Assembly (NCBI GenBank): GCA_965153355.1
Contig: OZ231126.1
Location: 4,960,001-5,024,000, forward strand
Reading direction: 5' to 3'
DNA: 64,000 nucleotides
Source: Flaccisagitta enflata
Lineage: Eukaryota
Position numbers and translations under genes: made by a program. Under the pieces are notes generated by a model, which was given only the letters and a program-made list of their open reading frames with translations, did no database searches and had not been told where the DNA came from. This document shows, one piece after another, positions 1 to 12,644 of this stretch (position 1 is the first letter of the stretch; each line of letters starts with the position of its first letter).

Positions 1-104
1 GAAGGAAAGGAAGGAGCAAGGAATGGAGGAAGAAAAGGAGGTTGAAAGAAAGAAAAAGAATGAAAAAGGCGAAAGGGCACCGCTCTCCATTTTCTTCTGC
101 CCTT

Positions 105-205
<101 letters not shown>

Positions 206-382
206 GCCCTCAAAATTCAAATGGCGCATAGAATCAAGGACTTAATTAATCATGATCAGTAATTACAATGTCTTCACCACCAGATTTAAACAACAATAGG
301 ATGCGAAGACAAAAAAGAATTTAGACTTTTAATGATATGCATTTGTACAAAGCGTCAGTAAGTTTAATTCTGCTTTGAATTA

Positions 383-558
383 CAGTGGGACCCCGCAATA
401 ACAGCCCCGCCTTTAAAGGTTCCCCATCAATAAAGGTCAATATTTTAAAGTCCCAAATGATAGTATTTAATGTTATTTTGCCTCTCTTTAAAGGTAAACC
501 TGAGATAAAGGTGAAAAATCTATGGTCCCAATAGGACCGATGAGGCGGGGTCCTACTG
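383..558. mobile_element. Short Tc1/mariner-pogo-type MITE
   Basis: TA|CAGTGGGACCCCGC ... GCGGGGTCCTACTG|TA: terminal inverted repeats with TA duplication. Confidence 0.75.
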
Positions 559-1759
559 TATTTCTACGGGGGTAAGGAAGCCAAGAGCTCATTTTGAGGA
601 GCATAATGACATTTATTCTGTTAGCGATAGACTGGATATGTATCAACCATACCATGGTGGGAGAAATATCTTTCACAAACACTGTGGTACTGAAGATAAA
701 CAATGACGCTGGGTCACAATATTGTTGCAGACAGGTGGGCAGAAGCATCCAAACCTCATCCACACACCCCCTCACCCACCTGCCACCCCCCCCCCACAGG
801 TGCGGTAAAGCAAATCTGTATGTATAAAAGTAAGACCACACCTTGAATCCTCCAATTCATAATCTATCAATCGCATCTTGGATTGCAGCTGACCACCCTT
901 CCGCAACTAGCACAATTTAATTTTCACTTCCTCTATCATTAATCATCCACTGAAAGCGAATGAAAGACCCTTTAGGATCAATAAACGTACTATTATTGAT
1001 GCGCACATACAACAAAGATTGTAAACCACATGTATGTTGACGTGGGGGTGATGTGGATTGCTTTATCAGTTATCTGGACCTTTGCGGTTAATGGTGATTT
1101 CTGCTATCCTATCATATTACCTCCTTTCGATAACTGAATTGCGATTTCAGAAAAAAAAATCATATCAACATGTTTACACTTCATTTGTAGAATATATTGG
1201 GTGTTGAGCAGCAATGAAATCCAACGACGGGCTGGGTAAATAACAAGGCCAGATACACGGCTACCCTAGTCACGTGTGAGTGAGCAGGGGCAGTGATGGA
1301 GAAGGCCGACCAACCGACCAACCAATGGCCCAACCGACCGACCAACCAACAGATAAAGCGGGATGTAGAGTCCTGTACTGTAGGGGATAGCATACAGGGT
1401 TGTATTTTGAAAATCGCCTCAGAACTCAGGTTATACTTAGTTCAATATGTCCTTATTACAAGAAAAATTTTTTGGGAAGCTGAGTCATTGGGAAGCTGGA
1501 GCCATTTTTGACAGAAGTTGACATATCTGATAGGTGAAAATTGCTATTTTCGTCAAAATTGTTTTTTTTTTTTTACATTCATTATTAGTATTTTTGAAAT
1601 TGATTATTGAATACTGTTTGACTTGTTTATCCATTAGTAGTGTTCTAACATGCCTTAACAACATTCACATCAATATAATATGGCTGTTTGCCATGGCTGA
1701 GGGTCAGTAAAGACAGGGCCCTTTTGGCGTAAAAATAGAAAAATCACTGTTTTCGCCCA

Positions 1760-2316
1760 CAGTATGATTCATGTCGACTGTGACATTTCATTACGGCATT
1801 GCTCAAAAAGTATTAGAAATAGCTTAATTTGGAAAAAAGTGTCTGAAAAACAGTAGTTTGGCATTTTTGGATGAAAAATCCCTAGGATCTTTTAGGAATA
1901 TCTAATTCCTTAAATTTATACTAAGCCAAAAATCATGATAAGTAGAGGAAGCTATTTTGACATATTATCAAAAAACTTTTTTTATGATTGCTTTAATTTT
2001 GTCACAGTTTTTAGCATTTGATATCAGATAGGTTTCAATTATGAAATTTTATGATGTAGTTTATGGTAAAAGTGAGAAAAAAATCAAAATTGGATATAAT
2101 CTGTTGAAAAAGAAGAATGAAAAATGACCTTTTTTTATTGTATTTGCCCCAAAGTCATTAGTGGGTAAAAGTATCAAAATTTGATAAAAAAAGTCTGGAA
2201 AATGGTTTATCATAAAATGCCAAGCAATAAATCTTTTTATACTTCTTTCAAAAAAGTAGTGAAACCTTTTTGAGCGATGCCGTCATGAAATGTTACAGTC
2301 GAGATGGATCATACTG
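1760..2316. mobile_element. TA-targeting MITE nested in the left TIR of the 4.9-kb element
   Basis: ~50-bp TIRs CAGTATGATTCATGTCGACTGTGACATTTCA / TGAAATGTTACAGTCGAGATGGATCATACTG. The right TIR of the host shows the empty site CGCC-TA-ATT. Confidence 0.85.
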
Positions 2317-3111
2317 TAATTCCTGAAATTTTTACTTTTTATCACTTCTATCATATCAATCAAAGAAAAGAATATTTGTGACTTGTTATATCATGAGTGG
2401 TGTCCTAATTAGCCAAAACAGTATTCAAAACAGTATTTCATTGCTATCTGTTATGGCTAAACACTAGGGCTGTTGTTGCAAAACAATGAAAAAAGTATAA
2501 GTTTTATGATTGTTTCAGTGCTCAAGCGTCTTCCTCCATGACTTGTAACCTGGCATGGGTGTTTTACTGTTTTTTTTGTTTTGTTTTGTTTTTTTTTTCT
2601 TTTTTTTTGATCAACATCAATAAGCCTCTTATCATGTCTGACGGGGGTTTGAATCAGTCAAACCCTCTGACTTGAGAAGAATTGGCGCTTATTTTTAACC
2701 ATTGCGGAAATATGTGAGCAAAGGAAAAAGATTCATGGATGCAGGTAAACAATTGAGTCACTTAACCATAGCAAGTAAAACAACATGGAAAAGATTAAGA
2801 TCAAAAAGCCTTTTATTAGGTCTGAATGATAAGTTTGATTCAGTCAAACCCTCTGACCCAAAAAAATATAGCACTTATTTTTAACCATTGTGGCAGTACA
2901 ATTGCATTATTTAAATTACTGTGGAACCCAATTGAGTCACTCAAACATAGTATAGAATAACAAATTTGGCCCAAAATATGAAAAAGTAAATCAAAATCTG
3001 TGTGCCTCTAATCTAGTCTGAGCGAGGGGTTTAAATTAGTTATACCCTCTGACTAATGAGGATGTAGCTCTTATTTTTAACCACATGCAGGACATTCACC
3101 ACTTCCTTGAT

Positions 3112-4540
3112 CTACATGGTTAAAATTGTAACAAACTTGATGGGAATTTCAAGATCCCAACTTCCATCCCTTTTCCTTTTGCCAACACCAAATACTAAGC
3201 CTGAATATTCATTGTGGAAAAAGTTCAGGCCATTCCTCAGGGCAGAGAGCAACTGACAAGCATCGATGGTGACCATTGCATCAGCTTTTGGAAGGTATTC
3301 TCCTGGCCTCTGATGCAAAATTTATTCCACCTTCACAACTCATTGTGGAGAGAAAACCACCTTCTTCAATTATTTCCCTTGCATCAGTTGAATGAATCAG
3401 GGGGGCAAAAAATTCAATCAGCTTGTGGCCTTGAGGATTGGGAACATCAACCCATGTCCACCTAAAGCAGCAACTCTTCTTTCTTTCCTCTCTTTGCCAA
3501 CAATCCTTTCCCCAAAAGCAATCATTCGCCTTTTCCCCTTTCCTACATTCACAGCAGTGGCCTTGATCACAGTGCTTGGTGTGACTTGAAAATGGTGAGC
3601 TAAATGATGCAGATTAACAGATGAATCATTTTCACGATAAACCAATCCAGATGATGGCAAATCCTACCGCAGCAGTTTGACCAACTTCCTACTCAATTGC
3701 TACAAACTCCTTGCTTCTTCAAAAGGCATCTCAGGGTCAGGCACCACAGTTTTGGATACATTTAGGGACCAGTAAGCGGCATGAGACCTGCTTTTGATAT
3801 CTTTGATGGACCCAATGGCCATAATCCTCTGTTTGTCAATTTTTGCCATTTCCTCTCTTTCTGCATCTCTTTTGGCTTCTTTCTCGACTATCATTCGCTC
3901 CCTCTGTTCGACGCATTGTTTTTCTTTCTCAGGCCTTCCTGGTTTCACCCAACATCTTGCCTTCTTGGGCAGCGGCCCCGAAGGGGACAAAGTCCTGTAG
4001 AACACAGGGGACTTTCGTTTGTTCCTTTGTTTGTTCGTTTGTCCGTTTGTTCATTCCTTCGTCCCCCCCCCAGGCCCTCTCAGGCCTGAAATCTGCCCTC
4101 TCAGGCCTAAAATTTGCCTTCTCAGGCCTAAAATCTGCCCTCTCAGGCCTTGAATCTGCAGTCTCAGGCCTTAAATTTGCCCTTTCAGGCCTGAAACCTG
4201 TGCTCTCAGATTCAAGGCCTGAGAGGGCAGATTTCAGGCCTGAGAGGGCAAATTTTAGGCCTGAGACTGCAGATTCAAGGCCTGAGAGGGTCTGGGGGGG
4301 GACGGATGGACGGACGGACGGACGGGCGGATGAATGAACGAAAGTCCCCTGTGTTCTACAGGACTTTGTCCCTTTCGGGGCCGCTGCCATGCCTCTCATT
4401 CCAATTTACAACAATGCAAAGCAGGGCAATGGGTATCGCTGACCACATATTGCCCTTGAGCGACCTGTTTTCCCATCATCTTGCAACTGACACTCTTCCA
4501 GTTGGTCAGAAAGTGAGCCCTCATTGATTTCAGCCATTGT
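3112..4540 (-). pseudogene. Decayed coding sequence inside the long-TIR transposon (product unknown)
   Basis: Adjacent minus-strand ORF pieces (3112-3318, 3418-3660, 3700-3963) with protein-like composition, interrupted by a repeat at 3965-4470. No catalytic motif recognised. Confidence 0.35.
3965..4470 (+). mobile_element. Helentron-type element family B with 21-bp internal tandem repeats
   Basis: TT-GGGCAGCGGCCCCGAAGGGG..GTCCTGTAGAACACAGGGG head. Its inverted copy is subterminal and followed by a conserved tail ending GCGACCTGTT. GGAC microsatellite. Many copies in the window. Confidence 0.7.
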
Positions 4541-6645
4541 TTTGGAACTGCCTTAGAGAAGGGATACAAATAAACTCAAAATAAACAATAGGAGTCTCAA
4601 GCAGATTTTGTCTTTGAAATTATGTAGAACAGTAAAAAGCGTATTTTTTAGAATAGCTGAAATTGATCTATTATCAAGGCAAGTTAAGGGCATAGAATCT
4701 TCAGTCTCCGCCAACCCATTGCATACCGACTCCTGTAGTAACGCGATATGCGGTATTCACCATGGCAACGTAACGCCGTTTTAGCGTCTAGGTGGCGTTA
4801 TTTGGGAAGTTATTAATTGTTGCTTTTTTTCATTAAAGATTTTTTATGATCATTTGAAAAAAAAAAACACTAAAGATAGAGAGAGTTACTACTAGTTATG
4901 ATTTTTTTTCACTTTTTACTTTTCATTTTATATTTTTCATTTTATATTTTTCTTTTTTCATATTTCATATTTCATTTTTCATTTTTCATTTTACATTTTT
5001 CATTTGTCATTTTCCATTTTTCACTTTTCACTTTTCACTTTTTACTTTATACTTTAGTTTTCATTTATTCACTTTTCACTTTTCACTTTTCATCTTCTAT
5101 TTTTTATTTAACAAACAAGACTTGTTTATTACTATCTTTCAATAGCTTTGAATGGTTTTTAATAGCTTTTAATAGTTTTGAATAGCTTTACTTAGTTTTA
5201 AATAGCTTCATTTAGCTTAATACAGTTTTACATAAATTTGTATAGCTTTTTTTGGCTTTATATAGCTTTAAATATCTTTTAAAAAAACGTAACGACCAGA
5301 AACGAAGTCGTTATATGCAAAAATTGTAACTACAGTGTCTTTGATGCTATTTAGGAGTAACGAAACCTGAGAAAAAACGGGTTTTCAAATTTCCTACGCA
5401 ATCCGTTGGTCTCCGCTGGAACTATCAAGTTATCAATATAATCTTTTCCATGTTATTTTATCTTTAAACTTGCTATGGTTAAGTGACTCAATTGTTTACT
5501 TGCCATCCATGAATCTTTTTCCTTTGCTCACATATATCCGTATAAGCGCCAATTCTTCTCAAGTCAGAGGGTTTGACTGATTCAAACCTCCCGTCAGACA
5601 TGATAAGAGGCTCATTTATGTTGATCAAAAAACAAAAAAAACAAAAAAAAAACAAAAAAAAGGAAAACACCAATGCTAGGTTGCAAGTCCTGGAGGAAGA
5701 AGCTTGAGCACTGAAACAATCATAAAACTCATACATTTTTCATTGTTTTGCAATAACAGCCCTAGTATTTAGCCATGACAGATAGCAATGAAACATGTTT
5801 TGAATACTGTTTTGGCTAATTAGGACACCACTCATGATATAACAAGTCACAAATATTCTTTTCTTTGATTGATATGATAGAAGTGATAAAAAGTAAAAAT
5901 TTCAGGAATTAGGCGAAAACAGTGATTTTTTCATTTTTACGCCAAAAGGGCCCTGTCTTTACTGACACTCATAGCAAACAGCCATATGATATTGATGTAA
6001 ATGTTGTTACGGCATATTAGAACACCACTAATGGATAAACAAGTCAAACAGTATTCATTAATTAATTCTAGTAATATTAATAATGAATGTAAAAAAACAC
6101 AATTTTGGCGAAAATAGCGATTTTCACCTATTGGATATGTCAACTTCTGTCAAAAATGGCTCCACCTTCCCAATGACTCAGCGTCCCAAAATTTTTTTCT
6201 TGTAATAAGGACATATTGAACCAAATATAACCTGAGTTCTGAGACAATTTTCAAAATACAATCCTGTATGCTATCCCCTATCCTGTAGCACGCGACTATA
6301 AATGATTTTCTATCCAGGTCAAAATAAAACGGACAAAGCGGGAGGTTAAGACGGGGGGAGAGGAGGTGGAGTGTCAGGTCAGGTCAGGTTTGGAATGAGT
6401 GAAAACCATCCATCGTCAATAATGCTGCAGGGTGTAGGAGGTTAAGCTGACCAACGACCAACCAACAGACCATCCAACCAACCAACCAACGGATAAAGCG
6501 GAATGTAGAGTCGTGTAGCATGCGACTGTAAATGATTTTCTATCCAGGTCAAAATAAAACGGACAAAGCGGGAGGTAAAGACGGGGGGAGAGGAGGTGGA
6601 GTGTTAGGTCAGGTCAGGTTTGGAATGAGTGAAAACCATCCATCG

Positions 6646-8255
6646 TCAATAATGCTGCAGGGTGTAGGAGGTAAAGCCGTCACTCGGGAAGGGGTTGTCG
6701 GCGATTGTGGCGCGACAAAGCGGGCACGTCCGCTCCTGATCAAACCACTTGGAAACACACTCTTTGCAGAATATATGTTTGCAGCTGAGTTTGAAGGGCT
6801 CCTTGAATTCGTCATGGCAAATGGAACAGTTATGTTCCAACCTTGTGACTCCGTTGGATTTCAAATTGATTGGATTGACACATGATGATTGCATATCAAG
6901 GCCGGCCCTTGCTTGATTTTGACCAGTAATCAATGTTGTGACCCCACCTGAAATTGAATTGATAGGATTGACACATGATGATTGGCTGTTGAGGCTAGAC
7001 TGTGCTCTACTTTGTCTAGTAATCAATGTTGTGACCCCGCTTGAAGTTGAATTGATAAGATTGACGTGTGATGATTGGCTGTTGAGGCTTGCCTGTGCTT
7101 GACTTTGTCTAGGAATCAATGTTGTGACCCCGCTTGAAATTGAATTGATAGGATTGACGTGTGTTGATTGGCTGTTAAGGCTTGCCTGTGCTCGACTTTT
7201 ACTAGTAATCAATTCTTTGACCTTGAAGCAAGCAAGGATAAAGCCAGCAAGCAAGGGAGCACTTAACAGTCCTATCACTATGACTACAATTAGGGTATTG
7301 ATGTTTTTAGTTCTTCTGTTGCAAATGACAGACGGAGTACTGCGCCACACGCCATCCGTGTGACACGTGAGATCCCCGCCCGCGGAACAACAGTAATCTC
7401 CCTTCTTTATTATCGTATTTCGGTCTCTACTTTCTTTAGCAACACATGATGAACCCACAGGGCTGGAGTACTTTGTGTCACACTCCCAAAAGCATCCTTT
7501 GACATATGGTTTCGCGCCGCATTCAACAATCTCGCAGTGAAGGTTTTGACTCTGCCAAATGCCTCCGCCAGTGAACATGGATTGTGAATCTGCTTGGCAA
7601 ACGACTTCTCCTCCAACAATCCACCGATCCCGATTGGCCGCCGCTCGACATCGAGACCCAAGGGAACTACCATTAGTACAATTCACTAAGCTAAAAGCGA
7701 AACAAGTTAAGTTAAAATTATAATGATAATCTGACACTAAAGACTTAGGTGGCGGTGGCCAAGGGCACTCGATCATACCGCATGTCACATGGCCGTCCCA
7801 AGAGCCCTTTTCATTACAAACAAATTGGCCTTTGGCATAGTGTCCTTCCGGTACATTGATGGAGCAAACTGTGCCCGAGAATAGAGTGTTTGAGGAACAA
7901 GAATAATGAACGGCCACTACGTTAGAAGAATCTCGCAGATTCTGACACGTATTAGGATATGGTATTGAATGAATTGGCGGACAAATTCGTCGACAGGCTG
8001 TTTCCTGTCTCATTTTCCAATTGGATGTGTTTCCTGGGCCAAATTCAATGGTGCATTGGAACTCAACTTGATCTCCATTATTGGCTGGACGGAATCCTGG
8101 TTTACAGTCTCTCTTGACAATGTCGAGGATATGGACAACTTCTGAGGAGTGGTTGGAAGAGTTTGTCAATGACAAGGGATTGATGGTTTGGAGCGAGTTG
8201 ATCAGAGGATGCAGGTCATTCATTAGGCAGCCGCAAACCTGAGCCGATTTAGTGC
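6646..8255 (-). CDS. Exon 4: ~4 sushi/CCP-like modules, TM helix (~7225-7293), 4x31-aa repeats, C-terminal C3HC4 RING (RNFT1/2-like)
   Basis: Acceptor tctcacag|GC is in frame with the 525-aa ORF. Sushi-like motifs GTVCSI..C..GSWDG..C and GSSC..LTCHTDGVW..C. TM LIVVIVIGLLSAPLLAGFILACF followed by KVK. RING CSICHDEFKEPFKLSCKHIFCKECVSKWFDQERTCPLCR. Confidence 0.9.
6838..7209 (-). repeat. Coding tandem repeat, 4 x 93 bp (31 aa) in the cytoplasmic tail
   Basis: aatcaatgttgtgacccc recurs at ~6928, 7021 and 7114. Unit approx. ITRQSRAQASLNSQSSHVNPINSISSGVTTL. Confidence 0.9.
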
Positions 8256-8317
8256 CTGTGAGATCAAGAACCAGGAGGAGGAAGATGTAAAGGATTTAAA
8301 TAATATTTACAAAAAAA

Positions 8318-8820
<503 letters not shown>

Positions 8821-8850
8821 TTAATAAAAACAAAAATAATCTTTCTTCAC

Positions 8851-9091
8851 CTTTTTCCACCTCCAATACATCGATAATGGACTCAAAACAAGCGCAACTT
8901 CCATTCTTGAAAAGGGTCCAGCCTTTAGCCACTGAACTCAAGGCTCCGGATTCGCAGCTTTGTCTACAGCCATGTGGAGTCGCTACGTCAATTTGCGATG
9001 TTGAATGGAGAAAAGTCGAATTTCCAACAAAAGACACTCCATCAGTTGGGATCGAACATTGAACCACCGTGCCAGAGAGAGTGGCACCATC
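8851..9091 (-). CDS. Exon 3: PAN/Apple-like domain
   Basis: Acceptor ttttccccacag|GAT, phase 0. Cys pattern C...G...TPHGCRQSC...GWT...GSCACF. Donor AAAG|GTGAAG, phase 1, compatible with exon 4. Confidence 0.75.
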
Positions 9092-9406
9092 CTGTGGGGA
9101 AAAGGAGAGAGAGAGAGTTTATACATGTACTTGCTCAAGAACAAACTGTCTTGGTAACATCAGACTGATAGCCGAGGATTGACCTAATCCTAAGGGCATT
9201 TCAGCATTTTATAAAAATGTTTTGTTAATGTTTTGTTCCTTTTTGACGTAGTAAAGTTTCAAATAATCCACTTATCAAATGTAATCTACCAAAAGCAAAT
9301 TTGAACAAACAATTTTAACCCGTATGGGTAACACCAGTCCACATGGCGGGAACAGCCATATTGGCACACCCATAATTTAATATACTGAGAGGCGCCTCAT
9401 GAAATA

Positions 9407-9990
9407 TCATTTTCTGGCCAGGACAGATCGCATTATCTTTTCATTTCCTAGGAGGGTGATCTTCTGACACATTTCTTTACAGAGCTCAGCAGGGATCCTC
9501 TTTAGGTAAGTGCCAAAGTTTTGCGGAATGACCCCCAATCTACCAACCACTATAGGGATCACCTTACACTCACTGTCCCACATCTTTCTCAATTCAACAC
9601 GCAGAGCTCTATATTTTGACATTTTCTCATTTTCTTTAGCCATCAGCCTCTTTTGACATCAGAGGGGCAACTTATGTCGCTAACGTACGTTTATAATGTC
9701 TATAATGTTCTCTTATCTCTAATGACAATGTCCGGCCTATCAGCTCCGACAACTCAGTATGTACTAATGATCATGACCCAGAGTATTTCCACTCTTTATT
9801 CAAGATTACTTCCTTAGGTTTGAGTAAGTGCCATTTGTTTTTAGCTGGGAGCCTTAAGGATTTGCAGATCTCATGGTTGATATATCTGGCATCATTATCA
9901 TGCCTTTCCAGATACTCCTTTTTTGCCAATGTGTCACACCCCGCAAGTATATGGGTAGTTCTTTCACTCTTTATGACACAGGTTGGACTC
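9407..9990 (-). mobile_element. 5'-truncated non-LTR retrotransposon relic with restriction-like endonuclease (R4/Dong-like), in intron 2
   Basis: HILAGC..LAKKEYLERHD (CCHC/RHD), RPDIV, and EKMSKYRALRVELRKMW..VIPIVVG motifs; frameshifted. Confidence 0.85.
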
Positions 9991-9995
9991 AACAC

Positions 9996-10205
9996 TTTAG
10001 TCGCGTGCTACACAACTCTACAACCCGCTTTGTCAGTCGGTCCGTTGGTCCGTTGGTCCATCTGTCCATCCGTCCGTCACACATTATTTTTTTTTGGTTT
10101 TAGCAGTATTTGGCCTCACTGCTACTGCCCAAATGATCAAGTGACCTCAAATACAGCCCCTGCCCACCCACACGCGACTAGGGTAGCCGTGTATCTTGCC
10201 TTGTT
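9996..10205 (+). mobile_element. Helentron-type element family A, short copy
   Basis: TTT-AGTCGCGTG head, GTCC/GGTC microsatellite, subterminal CACGCGACT, tail GGGTAGCCGTGTATCTTGCCTTGTT. Confidence 0.75.
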
Positions 10206-10269
10206 ACAATAAATTTTTCAAGCCACCGGGTAAAAATAGCCAGCTCATGCATGCCATATATGTATGATT

Positions 10270-10406
<137 letters not shown>

Positions 10407-10799
10407 CGCTTGAAACCCCCTTTGAAACATCAAATTTTATTTTTGAAGCACGCTGTCTTCATGAGTGTAGTGATGTTCTCTAATAAATACAGCTGAACCC
10501 TGCTCCATCTGGTACTGGAATGATAAGCTATATAAGTATAAGCGCCTCAGTGGAAGCGTCAGAATTGAAAGCTTGAAAATCATAAGTGCAATATTTTCTT
10601 ATGCGCGAGAATGCTACGCGTCCCCTACCAGATGAAAACGGACCCGCCTTTAATGGAATGCCGCCTTCAAGAACAGATACCAACTTATCATCCCTTCTTT
10701 TCTTTTATTTCCAATATTGGCTAGAGCAGAATGCCACCTATAACAGATAAAATCTGCAGATCCCCTTGACAGTAAACGGAATAATCAAAGCGCACCAAC

Positions 10800-11086
10800 C
10801 TTGAGTTCTACGGCGGGTATCGGGCCAATGATGTCGTGGGAGAGCAGCCCTTTAACCGTTGTCCAGGAATTGAATATCAACGAGATATTCCTGACGGCGC
10901 CAACAAATCTATTATCAGCGTCAAATTTCATTCCGTCAAAGTCGTTCACTTTTTGGCCAAGGACGAGTTTTCCACCAACGCAAAGCGGCATTGGATTTAG
11001 ATACTCGCTCATAATCAGCTCCCCGTTGACAGTGAGAATAGTCCAACCAGTACGACCGTTAAAAATCCAGTGCGCAGTCACCCATT
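10800..11086 (-). CDS. Exon 2: C-terminal half of pentraxin domain
   Basis: Pyrimidine tract + CCAG acceptor. Splicing to exon 1 gives FPIGEWVTAHW. GGKLVLGQKVNDFDGMKFDADNRFVG matches the pentraxin GGxLxLGQEQD...FDxxxxFVG pattern. Donor AAG|GTTGGT, phase 0. Confidence 0.85.
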
Positions 11087-11115
11087 CTGGGTTGACAGAG
11101 GAAAGAGAAAAGCTT

Positions 11116-11821
11116 AACAGGTCGCCCAAGGGCAATATGTGGTCAGCGATACCCGTTGCCCTGCTTTAAGTGATTGTGAATTGGAGTGAGGGGAAGCAGG
11201 GCAGCGGCCCCAAAGGGGACGAAGTCCTGTAGAACACAGGGGGACTTTCGTTCGTCCTGCCTGAAGAAGTGGATGAGTTGCTATAGAGGGCTTACTAAAG
11301 GCCTTCAAGTGCCTAAACTGAGGTCTAAGACGTCTGATGTAACGCCTCAGAATGCCATCGGAAGCTTGAGAGGGCTGACTTGATGCTTGAGAGAGCTGGA
11401 TTAAGGCTTGAAAGGTCAGATGACTGATTTGAAGCCTGAGAGCAATAAATTGAGGCTTAGATAGCTGATTTAAGGCCTGTGAGGCTTGATTTGAGGCCTG
11501 AGAGGCCTAATTTGAGGCCTGGGAAGCCTGAGAGGCCTGAGAGGCCAGGTTTGAGGCCTGAAAATTTGGAGTTGAGGCCTGAGAAGCCTAATTTGAGGCC
11601 TGAGAGGTTGGATCTGAGGCCTGAGAGGCCGGATTTGAGGCCTGAGAGGCTGGATTTGAGGCCTGAGAGGCCAGATTTGAGGCCTGAGAGGCCAGATTTG
11701 AGGCCTGAGGGGCCTGGTGAGGGGGGGACTAACGAACGGACGAACAAACGAACGAACGGACGAACGAAAGTCCCCCTGTGTTCTACAGGACTTCGTCCCC
11801 TTCGGGGCCGCTGCCCAAAAA
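11116..11821 (-). mobile_element. Helentron-type element family B in intron 1
   Basis: Reverse complement of the 3965-4470 structure with about 12-15 copies of a 21-bp repeat (GAGGCCTGAGAGGCCAGATTT-like). Confidence 0.75.
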
Positions 11822-12070
11822 TTGAAGGCGAGTGATGATGATTTCAGCACCAGGACATATAATCTGTACTCTGTAGGATTAGTGGATGTAGAACTTGTGG
11901 AACTTCCTCCAACAAACTGTGCAATGCTTGTCTTGGATTGTCACTGACAGTTGTAATAGGCAAGAATTAAAACGACTGCCATCAAATTGTGAATCCCAGG
12001 AGTTGTTCGTTGTACTTAAACTGGTTAAGCATGATACACTGGGTAGTGCGACATGTCTGAAGCGCTTAGA

Positions 12071-12207
<137 letters not shown>

Positions 12208-12225
12208 ATGGCACAGACTACATAC

Positions 12226-12616
12226 CTCCAATTGGAAATGTAGTATTTTTGTGTATTGAAGCCTTATGACCACCCATTAGCAGCGTGTAAGCTTTGTCTT
12301 TGGCCGATCCTGGAAGCCCAAGCGCCAATTCATTGGGCTGCTGCGGGACGGCGTAAGATAGGAAGAAAGGATAAGGCGTTGGCTGCGTGATTAGCAAGTC
12401 AACCGTCAACCATAACCACTGAACGTTCAAAGGCATTATCGGGTGGATGATCACGTGAGCATTCTGCTGGTGAGCCGGGAAATGGATTTCATAGCCAGGA
12501 GAGGAGGCAAAGGTCGAGGAGGAGGAGGAGGAGGAGGAGGGAGATGAAGAGACCGACAATGATAAAAGTAGAATAGAGATAACGACTGCCTGCGCGATAC
12601 TCTTATTAGTCGCCAT
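12226..12616 (-). CDS. Exon 1 of pentraxin-PAN-sushi-TM-RING gene: signal peptide, poly-Ser linker, N-terminal half of pentraxin domain
   Basis: ATG in AAAATGG context. Hydrophobic leader AQAVVISILLLSLSVSS. FLSYAVPQQPNEL resembles the neuronal-pentraxin motif FSYAVPGQANE. Donor GGAG|GTATGT, phase 1 (391 nt). Confidence 0.85.
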
Positions 12617-12644
12617 TTTTATGGTTGGGAAATTTATTGCTTTT

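Larger units (their letters stand above)
1381..6280. mobile_element. 4.9-kb DNA transposon with ~840-bp TIRs (superfamily uncertain, possibly hAT-like) and a decayed internal ORF
   Basis: Termini TAGGGGATAGCATACAGG / CCTGTATGCTATCCCCTA. 1381-~2796 (minus the nested MITE) is the reverse complement of ~5441-6280. TCCTGTA lies on both flanks (7-8 bp TSD; left copy imperfect). Confidence 0.85.
1242..6302 (-). mobile_element. Helentron-type non-autonomous element (family A), split by the long-TIR transposon (parts 1242-1380 and 6281-6302)
   Basis: The joined halves give the reverse complement of family A (TTTAGTCGCGTG..., GGTC microsatellite, CACGCGACTAGGGTAGCCGTGTATCYGGCCTTGTT), seen intact at 9996-10205. 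Confidence 0.75.

Noticed and set aside
8221-8223. Met at 8223 as the start of a stand-alone 525-aa gene
   Set aside because: No signal peptide, and an in-frame acceptor 32 nt upstream joins it to exons that supply one.
11457-11850. RPERLDL / SGLKS repeat ORFs (also ~3843-4399, 24526-24781, 45399-45843)
   Set aside because: They come from 20-21-bp tandem repeats inside non-autonomous elements.
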